From assembly GCA_963702425.1 (NCBI GenBank), contig CAVPCQ010000018.1:1-64000 (forward strand): DNA of 64,000 bases, written 5' to 3'. Origin of the DNA: an uncultured Acidobacteriota bacterium (GTDB taxonomy: Bacteria; Acidobacteriota; Polarisedimenticolia; J045). Positions 28,913 through 38,905 of this stretch are shown here, piece by piece. Under the pieces are notes generated by a model. The model saw only the letters and a program-made list of their open reading frames with translations, was not told where the DNA came from and ran no database searches. A program made the translations under genes and the position numbers. Each line of letters starts with the position of its first letter. Positions within the stretch are counted from its first letter, which is position 1.

Positions 28913-30841
28913 GTGCGCAAAACTCTCGTCGCGATTGCCATGGTGGCCTTCCCGCACGCCGCCCTCGCGCTCCCCCCGCCGCGCGACGCCTGGAGCGAGC
29001 TGCGTACCCAGCACTTCGTGATCTACAGCAACGCCGGCGAGCGCCGCACGCGCCAGGTCGCGACGGAGTTGGAGACGATGCGCGAAGTGATGCGCCGCGT
29101 CGTCCCCGACGTCCGGCGCGGCACGCTCAGCGTCGACGCGCACATTCCGACGCAGGTCTACTTGTTCGAGAGCGCGCGCTCGTTCGAGCCGTACCGGCTG
29201 CTGCCGGGAGCGGCAGGGTTCTTCACGACCCGGCCGACCGGGAACCTGGTCGCGATCGACGCCTCCGTGGACGAGCCGCTGCAGGTCGTCCGGCACGAGT
29301 ACCTGCACCACTTCCTCGAGAACAACATCCCCGGCGTGCCGCTGTGGGCCGACGAGGGGCTGGCCGAGTTCTACTCGACCATGACGCGCGGGTCCGAGGA
29401 GGTGCTGCTCGGCCGGCCGCTGCCACACCACGTGCAGTGGCTGCGGGCCCACGGGCCGATGCCGGTCGAGAAGCTGATCGCCCTCGGGTCGGTCCGGGCG
29501 GAAGGCGAGGAGAAGGAGAAGATCGGCGCGGTCTACGCCAGCTCGTGGCTGCTGGTTCACTACCTGCTGGCCGGCAGCGCGGTGCGCCACAACCAGCTCG
29601 GGAACTACCTCGCACGCGTCAAGGACGGCGCCACGCCGGCGGGGGCCTTCGCCGCGGCGTTCCGCTGCGAGCCGGCCGAGCTCGACACTGAGCTGGCTGC
29701 CTACGCGCGGAGCATCCAGAAGTCGTACGCCTACTGGAAGGTCCCGGTCGGCGACCTCGACGTCCCCGAGCCTGGCACGCCCCGTGCGATGCCACGCGAG
29801 GAGACGCTGGCGCGCCTCGGCCTGCTGCTGGCCGATCCGGCGTCGGCCGCCGCGGCGGACGAGCACCTCGACGCGGCGCTGGCGATCGCGCCGAACTCGG
29901 CCCTGGCGCTGGCCGGCAAGGGGCTGGTCCGTTTCGCCCAGCGCGACGCGGCCGGGGCGCGGCCGTGGCTGGTCCGCGCGGCCGCGGCCGATCCGTCCAA
30001 CCCGCAGATCCAGTACCTGGCGGCGCTCACCATGATGCAGGCCGTGGGCGGCGAGGATCCCGCCGCGGCCGCCACCGCGGCGATCCCGTTCCTCGAGCGC
30101 GCGGTCGCACTCGACCCGGGCCACGCCGACGCGCAGGCCCTGCTCGGGATGGCGCTGGCCGCCGACCCGGCGCGCGCCGCCGACGCCACGCGGGCGCTCG
30201 AGGCGGCGCTGCTCGCGAGCCCGGGCCGCAGCGATCTCGCGCTGTCGCTGGCGACGCTCTGCCTGAACGCGGGTCGCTTCGGCGAGGCGGAAGCGCTGCT
30301 GCTCCGGGTGCAGCGCACCGACCGGCGGCCCGAGGTGACCGCGGCGGTGGACACGCGGCTCGCGGCGGTCCGCTCGCGCCGCGCGGTCGACCGCTTCGAC
30401 GTGGGCCTGAATCAGCTCGCGGCGGGGCGGCGCGACGAAGCGCTGCGGACGATGCAGGAGGCGATCGATGCGACCGACGACCAAGCCCTGCGGATCGAGT
30501 TGAAACGCCGGTTGGAGGAGATCCGGGCGAGGTCCTCCGCAGGGAGCGAGCCCACGGTGCCCGGCGGCGACGGGTCCAACGTGCGCGCGGCGGCGGCGGC
30601 GCAGTCCCTGGCGGAAGCGGGTCTGTCCCGGCCGCCCGAGTCGACCTTCGAAAGCCACGCGCGGCTGGTCAAGCGCTACAACGAGGCGGTCGCGAAGGCC
30701 AACGCGGGGAACCTGGCCGGCGCGTTGCCGATCATGAGGGAGGTCGAGGCGCAGGCCGCCGCCGCCGCCGACCAGGAGGTGCTCGCCAACGCGCAGCGGC
30801 TGGTGAAGAAGTGGAGCGAGAAGCTGAAGCGGCCGAAGTAG
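28913..30841 (+). CDS. Secreted DUF1570-like HEXXH protein with TPR repeats
   Basis: Signal peptide; HEYLH...PLWADEGLAEFY; YASSWLLVHYL; TPRs. Confidence 0.82.
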   Translation: MRKTLVAIAMVAFPHAALALPPPRDAWSELRTQHFVIYSNAGERRTRQVATELETMREVMRRVVPDVRRGTLSVDAHIPTQVYLFESARSFEPYRLLPGAAGFFTTRPTGNLVAIDASVDEPLQVVRHEYLHHFLENNIPGVPLWADEGLAEFYSTMTRGSEEVLLGRPLPHHVQWLRAHGPMPVEKLIALGSVRAEGEEKEKIGAVYASSWLLVHYLLAGSAVRHNQLGNYLARVKDGATPAGAFAAAFRCEPAELDTELAAYARSIQKSYAYWKVPVGDLDVPEPGTPRAMPREETLARLGLLLADPASAAAADEHLDAALAIAPNSALALAGKGLVRFAQRDAAGARPWLVRAAAADPSNPQIQYLAALTMMQAVGGEDPAAAATAAIPFLERAVALDPGHADAQALLGMALAADPARAADATRALEAALLASPGRSDLALSLATLCLNAGRFGEAEALLLRVQRTDRRPEVTAAVDTRLAAVRSRRAVDRFDVGLNQLAAGRRDEALRTMQEAIDATDDQALRIELKRRLEEIRARSSAGSEPTVPGGDGSNVRAAAAAQSLAEAGLSRPPESTFESHARLVKRYNEAVAKANAGNLAGALPIMREVEAQAAAAADQEVLANAQRLVKKWSEKLKRPK

Positions 30842-30886
30842 CCCCGCGCGGGAGGCACCGCCGACGGGCCCGAGTGCCGCCCGCGC

Positions 30887-32104
30887 TCAGCTCACCGCGT
30901 CGAGCCCCTGCTCCAGGTCCGCTTCCAGGTCGGCGACCGACTCGCAGCCGACCGCGAGCCGCACGAGCCCGGCGGTGATCCCGCAGGCCTCCAGATCGGC
31001 CGCGGCGAGCCCGGCGTGCGTCATCGACGCTGGGTGCTCGATCAGCGTCTCGACCCCGCCGAGGGACACGGCGAGGGTCATCAGCTCCAGCGACTCCAGC
31101 AGCGTGACCCCCGCGTCGTAGCCCCCCTTCAGCTCGAAGGCGATGATCGAGCCCGGGCCGTCCATCTGACGTCGCGCCAGCTCGAACTGCGGGTGGGTTC
31201 GCAGGCCCGGGTAGAAGACGCGGGCCACGGCCGGGTGGGCCTCGAGTTGCTGCGCCAGGTGGATCGCGTTCTGCTGCGAGGCCCGGATCCGCATCGGCAG
31301 CGTCTTCAGCCCGCGCAGCGTCAGCCACGCCTGGTGCGGGTCCATCGTGCCACCCAGGTAGGTGCGCCCGCGGCGCAGCGTCTTCAGCAGCGCCGGGTCG
31401 CGCGCGACGATCACCCCGCCGACGACGTCGCTGTGGCCGTTGATGTGCTTGGTCGTGCTGTGCAGCGTGATCTGCGCGCCGTGCTCCAGCGGCCGCTGCA
31501 GCACCGGCGAGGCGAAGGTGTTGTCGACGGCGACGATCGCGCCGTGCCGCGCGGCGAGCACCGCGCAGGCGGCGAGGTCGGCGAGCCGCAGTGTCGGGTT
31601 GGCCGGCGTCTCCAGGAAGAGCAGCTTCGTCTCCGGACGGAAGGCGCGCTCGACGGCATCGAGATCGCCGGTGTCGACGAAGGTCGAGCCGACGCCGAAG
31701 CGCGCGAAGTCGTGCTCGAGGACCAGGCGCGAGGGGCCGTATAGCGCCTCGGTCGCGACGACGTGGTCGCCCGAGCGCAGCAGCGAGAAGAAGACGGTGC
31801 AGACCGCGGCCATCCCGGTCGCGGTCGCGAGCCCCGCCGTGCCGCGCTCGAGCGCGGCGACGCAGTCCTCGAGCATCCGCGTCGTCGGGTTGTCGATCCG
31901 CGTGTAGATGTACCCCGCCTCGGTGCCGGCGAACCGGCGCGCCCCCTGCGCGGGGGTGTCGAAGGCGAAGGTCGAGGACTGGTAGATCGGCGGCGCGACC
32001 GCGCCGGTGAGCGGGTCGGGGGCCTGGCCGGCGTGGATCGCGAGAGTGTCGAGGCCCTGCTCCGGCGGGTGGGCGACCGGAGGCTGCGCCTTCTTCGTCG
32101 TCAT
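30887..32104 (-). CDS. PLP trans-sulfuration enzyme (methionine gamma-lyase / cystathionine gamma-lyase-like)
   Basis: PIYQSSTF, YTRIDNPT, ETPANP, VDNTFASP, HSTTKHINGHSD (PLP Lys), AVSLGGVETL. Confidence 0.92.
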   Translation of the reverse strand: MTTKKAQPPVAHPPEQGLDTLAIHAGQAPDPLTGAVAPPIYQSSTFAFDTPAQGARRFAGTEAGYIYTRIDNPTTRMLEDCVAALERGTAGLATATGMAAVCTVFFSLLRSGDHVVATEALYGPSRLVLEHDFARFGVGSTFVDTGDLDAVERAFRPETKLLFLETPANPTLRLADLAACAVLAARHGAIVAVDNTFASPVLQRPLEHGAQITLHSTTKHINGHSDVVGGVIVARDPALLKTLRRGRTYLGGTMDPHQAWLTLRGLKTLPMRIRASQQNAIHLAQQLEAHPAVARVFYPGLRTHPQFELARRQMDGPGSIIAFELKGGYDAGVTLLESLELMTLAVSLGGVETLIEHPASMTHAGLAAADLEACGITAGLVRLAVGCESVADLEADLEQGLDAVS

Positions 32105-32203
32105 CGGAGGCACTCTCCGGTTGTCACGGGAAGGGAGGAAAGAGGATACGCCCGTTTGGCGACGCGGCGGCCGCGCCGACGGGGGTCAGTGCGCCCGCCC
32201 GAG

Positions 32204-33193
32204 CTAGACCTCGTCCGGAAACGCCACCGCATCGCGCGCCCCGCCGAGCCCCAGCACCAGCGCGACCAGCCGGTCGACGCCGAGCGCGATCCCCGCGCAC
32301 GGCGGCATCCCCGCCTCGAGCGCCGCGAGGAACTCCTCGTCGAGCGCCGGCACCTCGCGCCCGGCGGCCCGGCGCGCGGCGCGGTCGGCCTCGTGGCGCC
32401 GGCGCTGCTCCGCAGGATCGGTCAGCTCGTCGAAGGCGTTCGCCAGCTCGACGCCCGCCGCGTAGAGCTCGAAGCGCAGCGCGACCGGCCACGCGGCGTC
32501 GTCACGCACGCGGGCCAGCGCCGCCTGCGAGGCCGGGAACTCGGACAGGACGGTCATCCGGCCGCGGCCGAGCTGCGGCTCGACGCGCGCGAGGAAGATC
32601 CGGAAAAAGAGCTCGTCCCAGCTGTCGTCCGGGGCGGTCGCGACCTCCAGCCGCCGCGCCGCCGCGGCCAGCGCGCCGGCCTCGCGGCGCGCGGCGAGGT
32701 CGATTCCGGCCCAGCGGTCGAACGCCTCGCGCACGGTCAGCCGCTCGGGCGGCGCGGTCAGGTCGCAGCCCGGCACCGCCGCCGGGTCGCGCCCTGCCGC
32801 GCGCGCCGCCGCCGGCAGGAGCGCCGCGCAGTCGTCGGCCAGCGCGTCGAGACCGGCGTGCGCGCGGTACCACTCGAGCATCGTGAACTCGGTGAGGTGC
32901 TGCGCGCCCCGCTCGTCGCCGCGCCAGCAGCGCGCCAGCTCGAAGACCCGCGGCGCGCCCGCCGCGACCAGCCGTTTCAGGTGCAGCTCGGGGCTGGTGA
33001 TCAGCCAGCGGTCCGCGCCCGCCGGCAGCGCGACGAGGTGCGGCTCGAGTCCGGGGCAGACGACACGGGCCGGCGTCTCGGCCTCGAGAAAGCCGCGCTC
33101 GCGGAAGAACGACCGGATCCCCGCCAGGACCTCGGCGCGGGCGGCCAGGACCGGCAGCCGCCGCGCCAGCTCGCGGTGCGCGGGGGTGGGCAC
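32204..33193 (-). CDS. epmA: EF-P lysine aminoacylase
   Basis: LITSPELHLKRL, HLTEFTMLEWYR, RFELY..GVELANAFDEL, GMPPCAGIALGVDRL; no anticodon-binding domain; next to efp. Confidence 0.93.
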   Translation of the reverse strand: MPTPAHRELARRLPVLAARAEVLAGIRSFFRERGFLEAETPARVVCPGLEPHLVALPAGADRWLITSPELHLKRLVAAGAPRVFELARCWRGDERGAQHLTEFTMLEWYRAHAGLDALADDCAALLPAAARAAGRDPAAVPGCDLTAPPERLTVREAFDRWAGIDLAARREAGALAAAARRLEVATAPDDSWDELFFRIFLARVEPQLGRGRMTVLSEFPASQAALARVRDDAAWPVALRFELYAAGVELANAFDELTDPAEQRRRHEADRAARRAAGREVPALDEEFLAALEAGMPPCAGIALGVDRLVALVLGLGGARDAVAFPDEV

Positions 33194-33203
33194 GCGCCCG
33201 CGC

Positions 33204-33767
33204 CTAGCGCTTGACGCGCTCGACGTACTCGCCGGTGCGAGTGTCGATCCGGATCCGCTCGTCGTTGCCGACGAACATCGGGACCATCACCTTGGCGCCG
33301 GTGGAGAGCACGACCTGCTTCATCGCGTTGGTCTTGGTGTCGCCCTTGACCGCCGGCTCCCCCTCGACGATGTCCAGCTCGACGAAGTTCGGCGGATCGA
33401 CCGAGATCGCCCGGCCGTTGTGCAGCAGGATCCTGACCTCGAGGTTCTCGGTGAGCCACTGTCCGGTCTCGCCGAGCTGGTCGTCGGTCAGTTCGATCTG
33501 CTCGAAGTTGCCGGTGTCCATGAAGTGGTAGGCGCCCATCTCGTGGTACATGAACTGCATCGGGCGCTCTTCCAGGACGCAGGGGTCGATCGTCTCACCG
33601 GACTTCCAGGTGCGCTCGATCGTGCGCCCCGTGGTCATGCTCCGGATGCGGCAGCGGACGAAGGCGTTCCCCTTGCCCGGCTTCACGAACTGGGACTCGA
33701 CGACGATGTACGGCTCGCCCTCGATCTCCAGCTTCGCCCCCTTGCGCAGATCGCTCGTTTCCAGCAC
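33204..33767 (-). CDS. efp: Elongation factor P
   Basis: VKPGKGNAFVR, KGDT, IRIDTRTGEYVER. Confidence 0.98.
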   Translation of the reverse strand: MLETSDLRKGAKLEIEGEPYIVVESQFVKPGKGNAFVRCRIRSMTTGRTIERTWKSGETIDPCVLEERPMQFMYHEMGAYHFMDTGNFEQIELTDDQLGETGQWLTENLEVRILLHNGRAISVDPPNFVELDIVEGEPAVKGDTKTNAMKQVVLSTGAKVMVPMFVGNDERIRIDTRTGEYVERVKR

Positions 33768-33842
33768 GACACACCTCGATGACGGAGCCCGGCGGCGGCG
33801 CCGGACGGATCCTCAGGACGATTCGGGGTCCAGAACCGCGGG

Positions 33843-33873
33843 ATTATAGGCCAGCCCGGCGCCGCGGGGCCAA
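33843..33873 (-). promoter_or_regulatory. Sigma70-like promoter for efp
   Basis: Perfect TATAAT at 33848-33843 on minus strand with TTGGCC 19 nt upstream. Confidence 0.5.
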
Positions 33874-33912
33874 ACCGGGCGTGGGGCTGTCGATTCCCGT
33901 ATCTTCTCGGCC

Positions 33913-35034
33913 GTGCCGAACCGCGATCCCCACGAGACCAGTGAAGCCCACGAGGCCCGCACCGGCGAAATCGACGGAGGGATGGCCGCGCCGACGCACC
34001 GCTGGGCCGGGTCCCCCGCCGTTCCCCTGGCCGAGGTCGCGGCGCGGCTCGGGGTGCCGCTCGACCCCGCGGTCCGCGCCGCGATGCGGCGCCTGCCGGC
34101 GCGCTTCCCGCGCCCCTACGTCGAGCTGTTCCGCGACGGTGGGCCGGCCGACCCACTGCGCCGGATCGCCTGGCCCGACCCCGAGGAGACCGCCTTCGAC
34201 GCCGACGCGATCGACGACCCGGTCGGCGAGCAGCCGCTGAAGTCCCATCCGTTCCTGGTCCGGAAGTACCGCGACCGCGCGCTGTTGCTCGTGACGCACC
34301 GTTGCCACTTCTACTGCCGCTTCTGCTTCCGGGCCGGACAGACGGTCGAGCCGCGGCTGGGCGAGATCCTGGACGCGATCCGCTCGCTGCGCGGCGAGAC
34401 CGGGCTGCGCGAGGTGATCCTCTCGGGCGGCGACCCGCTGGTGCTGCCCGACGAGGAGCTGGCGCAGATCCTGCGCGCGCTCGACGCGCTCCCGAACCTG
34501 CGCAACGTGCGGATCCACACCCGCGCGCCGGTCCACGACCCGCCGCGCGTGACCGACCGCCTGGTCGGCCGGCTGATCGCGGCCAGCCCGGTCCCGCTGT
34601 GGGTCGCGGTCCACACCAGCCACCCGCGCGAGCTGTCGGAGGGCTTCTTCCGGGCGGCCCGGACGCTGCAGGGGGGCGGCATCCCGCTGCTGAACCAGAC
34701 CGTCCTGCTGCGTGGAGTGAACGACGACCCGGCGACCCTGGCCGAGCTGTTCGGGGCACTCTACGGCGCGGGGATCAAGCCCTACTACCTGCACCACCCC
34801 GACCGCGTCGCCGGCACCGCGCGTTTCCGCGTGACGATCGAGCGCGGACTCGCGATCCACCGCGCGCTGCGCGGCCGGATCTCCGGCCCCGCGATCCCCG
34901 AGTACGTGCTCGACCTGCCCGACGGCAGCGGGAAGTTCCCGGTCGAGCGGCTGGAGCGCTTGCGGGACGGGCTCTACCGGGCCGATCACGGCGACGGGCG
35001 CGCGTCCCACTACTTCGACATCAAATCAGTCTAA
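33913..35034 (+). CDS. epmB: KamA/EpmB-family radical SAM lysine 2,3-aminomutase
   Basis: KYRDRALL, CHFYCRFCFR, EVILSGGDP, NQTVLLRGVND, PYYLH, DLPDGSGK; divergent from efp; start 33913 or 33982. Confidence 0.85.
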   Translation: MPNRDPHETSEAHEARTGEIDGGMAAPTHRWAGSPAVPLAEVAARLGVPLDPAVRAAMRRLPARFPRPYVELFRDGGPADPLRRIAWPDPEETAFDADAIDDPVGEQPLKSHPFLVRKYRDRALLLVTHRCHFYCRFCFRAGQTVEPRLGEILDAIRSLRGETGLREVILSGGDPLVLPDEELAQILRALDALPNLRNVRIHTRAPVHDPPRVTDRLVGRLIAASPVPLWVAVHTSHPRELSEGFFRAARTLQGGGIPLLNQTVLLRGVNDDPATLAELFGALYGAGIKPYYLHHPDRVAGTARFRVTIERGLAIHRALRGRISGPAIPEYVLDLPDGSGKFPVERLERLRDGLYRADHGDGRASHYFDIKSV

Positions 35035-35066
35035 CTTGCAGTAAGTGATCCCCGTCCCGCCGCAGC

Positions 35067-35094
35067 TTGCCGAAGCGGGCGATGTCCCTATGAT
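35067..35094 (+). promoter_or_regulatory. Sigma70-like promoter for yceI
   Basis: TTGCCG-N16-TATGAT upstream of AGGAG and ATG 35143. Confidence 0.45.
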
Positions 35095-35142
35095 CTCCCG
35101 ACGGACCGAACGGTCCGCCTTTCCTCACAGGAGAACACGAAG

Positions 35143-35727
35143 ATGCGCAAGACCCGAATCCTGCTCACCGCCGCGCTCGTGCTCGCGGCCCTGCCGCTGG
35201 CCTGGGCCGCCGGCTACAAGATCGACGCCGCACACACGACGGTCCTGTTCTCGATCCGCCACATCTTCACCGACGTGCAGGGCAAGTTCCAGAAGTTCGA
35301 CGGGGCGATCCAGTACGACCCGGCGAACGCGGGCGCCTCGACCGTGCAGTTTACGGTCGATGCCAACACCATCGACACCAACAACGAGAAGCGCGACGGG
35401 CACCTGCGCTCGCCCGACTTCTTCGACGTCGCCAAGTTCCCGACGCTGAGCTTCAAGAGCACGAAGGTCACGCCCAAGGGCAAGGAGATGCTCGAGGTGA
35501 CCGGCGACTTCACGATGCACGGCGTGACCAAGTCGATCACCGTGCCGGTGAAGGTCCTCGGCGTGCTGGACTCGAAGGACTTCGGGAAGAAGGCCGGGTT
35601 CTCGACGACCTTCACGATCAACCGCAAGGACTACGGCATGACCTGGAACAAGGTGATGGACGTCGGCGGCGCGCTGCTCGGCGACGACGTCAAGATCGAG
35701 ATCAGCGTCGAGGCCGACGGCGTGTAG
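35143..35727 (+). CDS. yceI: YceI-family polyisoprenoid-binding protein
   Basis: Signal peptide; YKIDAAHT, RDGHLRSPDFFDVAKFP, INRKDYG. Confidence 0.93.
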   Translation: MRKTRILLTAALVLAALPLAWAAGYKIDAAHTTVLFSIRHIFTDVQGKFQKFDGAIQYDPANAGASTVQFTVDANTIDTNNEKRDGHLRSPDFFDVAKFPTLSFKSTKVTPKGKEMLEVTGDFTMHGVTKSITVPVKVLGVLDSKDFGKKAGFSTTFTINRKDYGMTWNKVMDVGGALLGDDVKIEISVEADGV

Positions 35728-35840
35728 GGGCGGCCCTCTGTGGCCGCCCGTTCGCCGCGGGGCGACTGTAAGGGCCGGCCTCCGTGCCGGCCCGCACCGT
35801 CTCCGGGGCGATTCGGGCCGGCACGGAGGCCGGCCCCTAC
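35724..35840. repeat. GTAG-REP palindrome cluster 1 (two forward units, one inverted)
   Basis: GTAGGGGCGGCCCTCTGTGGCCGCCC 35724; GTAAGGGCCGGCCTCCGTGCCGGCCC 35768; inverted unit 35815-35840. Confidence 0.85.
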
Positions 35841-35874
35841 AGTTCCCGAATCCGACACAGCCAGGGAGGAGTCC

Positions 35875-36816
35875 ATGGACGGCGCACTGCGCGCCCTGAT
35901 GGCGGGCCTGATCGATTACGCGGGCCTCTTCCCACCCGCGCGGCTGGCGCTCGACCCCGCGATCCGGCACTACGCCGCGTACCGCGCCGGAGCCGACGCC
36001 TTCATGCTCGGCCGCTTCGTGATCCCGGCCGCGCGCCTCCCGGAACTCGACCCCTTCGCTGCCGAGCTGTTCCCGGCCGACCCCGGGCAGCCCTTCCGTT
36101 TCGCCGCTCTCGGCCGTGGCGGCACCGACCCCGCCGACTTCCTGGTCGGCCTCGACGCCGACCTCGCATCGATGCGCGCCTTCGAGGCCCGCCACCGCGA
36201 GCGCGTCGCGGTCGACGTGATCGAAACCCGCCTGCCGCCCGGCGTGCTCGACGACGCCGACGCGCTCTCCGCCCTGCTCGACGACGCGCTGCCGCGGATC
36301 GGCGCGATCCGCCCCTTCTTCGAGGTCCCGCTGGCCGGCGACTGGCGCCGCGCTCTCGACGTCGCGAGCGACGCGCTCGGCGCGACCGGCGGCGGCGCGG
36401 GCTTCAAGCTGCGCACCGGCGGGCTCGAGGCGGCCGCCTTCCCGTCCTGCGAGCAGGTGGCGGCGGTACTCGTCGCCTGCCGCGAGGCCCAGGTGCCGTT
36501 CAAGGCGACCGCCGGCCTGCACCACCCGCTGCGGCATCGGGACGACGCCTTGCAGGCGACGATGCACGGCTTCCTCAACGTCTTCGGCGGCGGTGTGCTG
36601 GCCTTCCTGCGCGGCCTCACCGAGGCCCAGCTTGCCGGGCTCCTCGAGCAGCAGGGCGCGAGCGCCTTCCGGTTCGAGGACGGTCATTTCCGGGCCGGAG
36701 CCTGGGCCGTCGGCGCCGACGAGATCGCCCGCGCGAGGCGCGAGGCGGTGCTATCGTTCGGCAGCTGCAGCTTCGACGAACCGCGCGCGGATCTCGCCGC
36801 GCTCGGGCTGATGTGA
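35875..36816 (+). CDS. Conserved hypothetical protein coupled to fahA
   Basis: GGAGGAG before ATG 35875; [45 protein letters not shown] motifs. Confidence 0.85.
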   Translation: MDGALRALMAGLIDYAGLFPPARLALDPAIRHYAAYRAGADAFMLGRFVIPAARLPELDPFAAELFPADPGQPFRFAALGRGGTDPADFLVGLDADLASMRAFEARHRERVAVDVIETRLPPGVLDDADALSALLDDALPRIGAIRPFFEVPLAGDWRRALDVASDALGATGGGAGFKLRTGGLEAAAFPSCEQVAAVLVACREAQVPFKATAGLHHPLRHRDDALQATMHGFLNVFGGGVLAFLRGLTEAQLAGLLEQQGASAFRFEDGHFRAGAWAVGADEIARARREAVLSFGSCSFDEPRADLAALGLM

Positions 36817-36826
36817 GGTCTCGCCG

Positions 36827-38128
36827 ATGAGTTCCGCCCCGCCCCTCGACGCCACCCACGACGCGAAGCGCCGCTCGTGGGTGCCCGTCCCCGCCGGCTC
36901 GGACTTCCCGATCCAGAACCTCCCCTACGGCATCTTCCGCTGCGGCGGCTCGCCGCCGCGCCTGGGGGTCGCGATCGGCGAGCAGGTGCTCGATCTCGCC
37001 GCGCTCGACGCCGCGGGGATGTTCCGCGGCACCCCGCTCGACGGCAGGCGGCTGTTCGAGCGCGCCTCGCTCAACCCGCTGATCGCGCTGGGCGGCGCGG
37101 CCTGGAGCGCCGCGCGGCAGCGGATCGCCGACTTGCTCGACGCCGCGAACGCGGAGCTGCAGGGGAACGAGCGGCTGCGCGACGCGGCGCTCGTGCCGCG
37201 GGCCGCGGCGACGCTCCTGCTGCCGGTCGAAGTCGGCGACTACACGGACTTCTACTCCTCGCGCGAGCACGCCACGAACGTCGGCGTGATGTTCCGCGGC
37301 AAGGAGAACGCGCTGCTGCCGAACTGGCTGCACCTGCCGGTCGGCTACCATGGGCGCGCCAGCTCGATCGTCGTCTCGGGCACGCCGATCCGGCGCCCGC
37401 GGGGCCAGACGATGCCCGACGGCGCGGCGGCGCCCGTCTTTGGCCCCACACGCCAGCTCGACTTCGAGCTGGAGGTCGGCTTCTTCACCGGGCCGGGGAA
37501 CGCGCTCGGCGAGCCGATCCCGCTCGGGCGGGCGCACGAGCAGATCTTCGGCTTCGTGCTGGTCAACGATTGGAGTGCGCGCGACATCCAGAAGTGGGAG
37601 TACCAGCCGCTCGGGCCGTTCCTGGCCAAGAACTTCGCGACCTCGATCTCGCCCTGGGTCGTGACGCTCGACGCCCTCCTGCCGTTCCGCGTCGAGGGCC
37701 CGCCCCAGGACGACCCCGCCCCGCTCCCGTATCTCGCCGAGCCGGAGCCCTGGTCGTTCGACATCGCGCTCGACGTCTGGCTGAAGACCGCGAAGATGGC
37801 GGAGCCGGCCCGGATCGCGCGCAGCAACCACCGCCACCTCTACTGGAACGTCCGCCAGCAGGTGGCGCACCACACCGTCACCGGCTGCAACCTGCGCCCG
37901 GGCGACCTGATCGCCTCGGGGACGATCAGCGGCCCTTCGAAGGAGTCGCGCGGGAGCCTGCTCGAGCTCTCCTGGCGCGGCACCGAGCCGCTCGCGCTGC
38001 CCTCCGGCGAGACGCGCACCTTCCTCGAGGACGGCGACGAGCTGGCGATCACAGCCGGCGCGGAGCGGGACGGGGTGCGGGTCGGCTTCGGCGAAGTCAC
38101 CGGCACCGTGCTGCCGGCCGCCGAGTGA
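36827..38128 (+). CDS. fahA: Fumarylacetoacetase
   Basis: [59 protein letters not shown]. Confidence 0.97.
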   Translation: MSSAPPLDATHDAKRRSWVPVPAGSDFPIQNLPYGIFRCGGSPPRLGVAIGEQVLDLAALDAAGMFRGTPLDGRRLFERASLNPLIALGGAAWSAARQRIADLLDAANAELQGNERLRDAALVPRAAATLLLPVEVGDYTDFYSSREHATNVGVMFRGKENALLPNWLHLPVGYHGRASSIVVSGTPIRRPRGQTMPDGAAAPVFGPTRQLDFELEVGFFTGPGNALGEPIPLGRAHEQIFGFVLVNDWSARDIQKWEYQPLGPFLAKNFATSISPWVVTLDALLPFRVEGPPQDDPAPLPYLAEPEPWSFDIALDVWLKTAKMAEPARIARSNHRHLYWNVRQQVAHHTVTGCNLRPGDLIASGTISGPSKESRGSLLELSWRGTEPLALPSGETRTFLEDGDELAITAGAERDGVRVGFGEVTGTVLPAAE

Positions 38129-38151
38129 CGGGCGAGAGGAGGATCCCGCCG

Positions 38152-38526
38152 ATGAGCGTTCCGGCGCCCGAGCGGCCGACGGTCGTCGTGATCGAGGACA
38201 ACCTCTTCCTGCGGGCGAAGATCGAGGGCGCGCTGGCCGAGGCGGGCTTCCGGCCGCGCTGCGTCACCGCACCCGACCCGCTGCGGGCCGCGCTGGCCGC
38301 GGAGCCGCTGCTCGTGCTGGTCAATCTCGCCGCGCGCGCGCCGTGGGAGACGCTCGTCGCGCTGGTGCGCGAGCAGGGCGCGGTGCCGGTCGTCGGCTAC
38401 GGCCCGCACACCGACGAGGCGCTCCTCGCGCGCGGCCGCGCCGCGGGCTGCAGCGAGGTCGTTCCCAACGGACTGGTCGCTGGAAACCCCGGCGCCGTCG
38501 TGGTGCGCCATGGCCGCAGCCGCTGA
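38152..38526 (+). CDS. Single-domain atypical receiver-like protein
   Basis: GAGGAGG before ATG 38152; VVVIEDNLF...LVLVNL...VVGYGPH; phospho-Asp replaced by Asn. Confidence 0.65.
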   Translation: MSVPAPERPTVVVIEDNLFLRAKIEGALAEAGFRPRCVTAPDPLRAALAAEPLLVLVNLAARAPWETLVALVREQGAVPVVGYGPHTDEALLARGRAAGCSEVVPNGLVAGNPGAVVVRHGRSR

Positions 38527-38905
38527 GCCGGGGCTCCCGCTGCGGGTGCGGCAGGGGATCGAGCTGTTCAACCGCGGCGATTTCTTCGAGTGCCACGAGG
38601 TGCTGGAGCTGGAGTGGAAGGCCGACGCCGCACCGCACCGCGTGCTCTACCAGGGGATGCTGCAGGCCGCCGTCACGCTGCACCACGTGCGGCGCGGCAA
38701 CTGGCAGGGGGCGACGATCATGCTGCGCCGCGCCCTCGCGCACCTCGAGCCGTTCGCGCCGAGCTGGCGCGGGATCGACGTGGCGGGGCTGCTCAACGAC
38801 ATGCGCGGCTGGCAGCGGCAGCTCGAAGTCGCCGGCCCGGACGGCCTCGAGGGACTCCGCTCGCTTCCGCTGCCGCGGATCCGGGTCAGCCCTGCAGCAT
38901 CTTGA
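38510..38905 (+). CDS. DUF309 protein
   Basis: GIELFNRGDFFECHEVLE..W...YQGMLQAAV..HH..RGN. Confidence 0.88.
   Translation: MAAAAEPGLPLRVRQGIELFNRGDFFECHEVLELEWKADAAPHRVLYQGMLQAAVTLHHVRRGNWQGATIMLRRALAHLEPFAPSWRGIDVAGLLNDMRGWQRQLEVAGPDGLEGLRSLPLPRIRVSPAAS

Noticed and set aside
32105-32203. SAM riboswitch upstream of the Met/Cys lyase
   Set aside because: Gap is under 100 nt and lacks recognisable SAM-I or SAM-II consensus.
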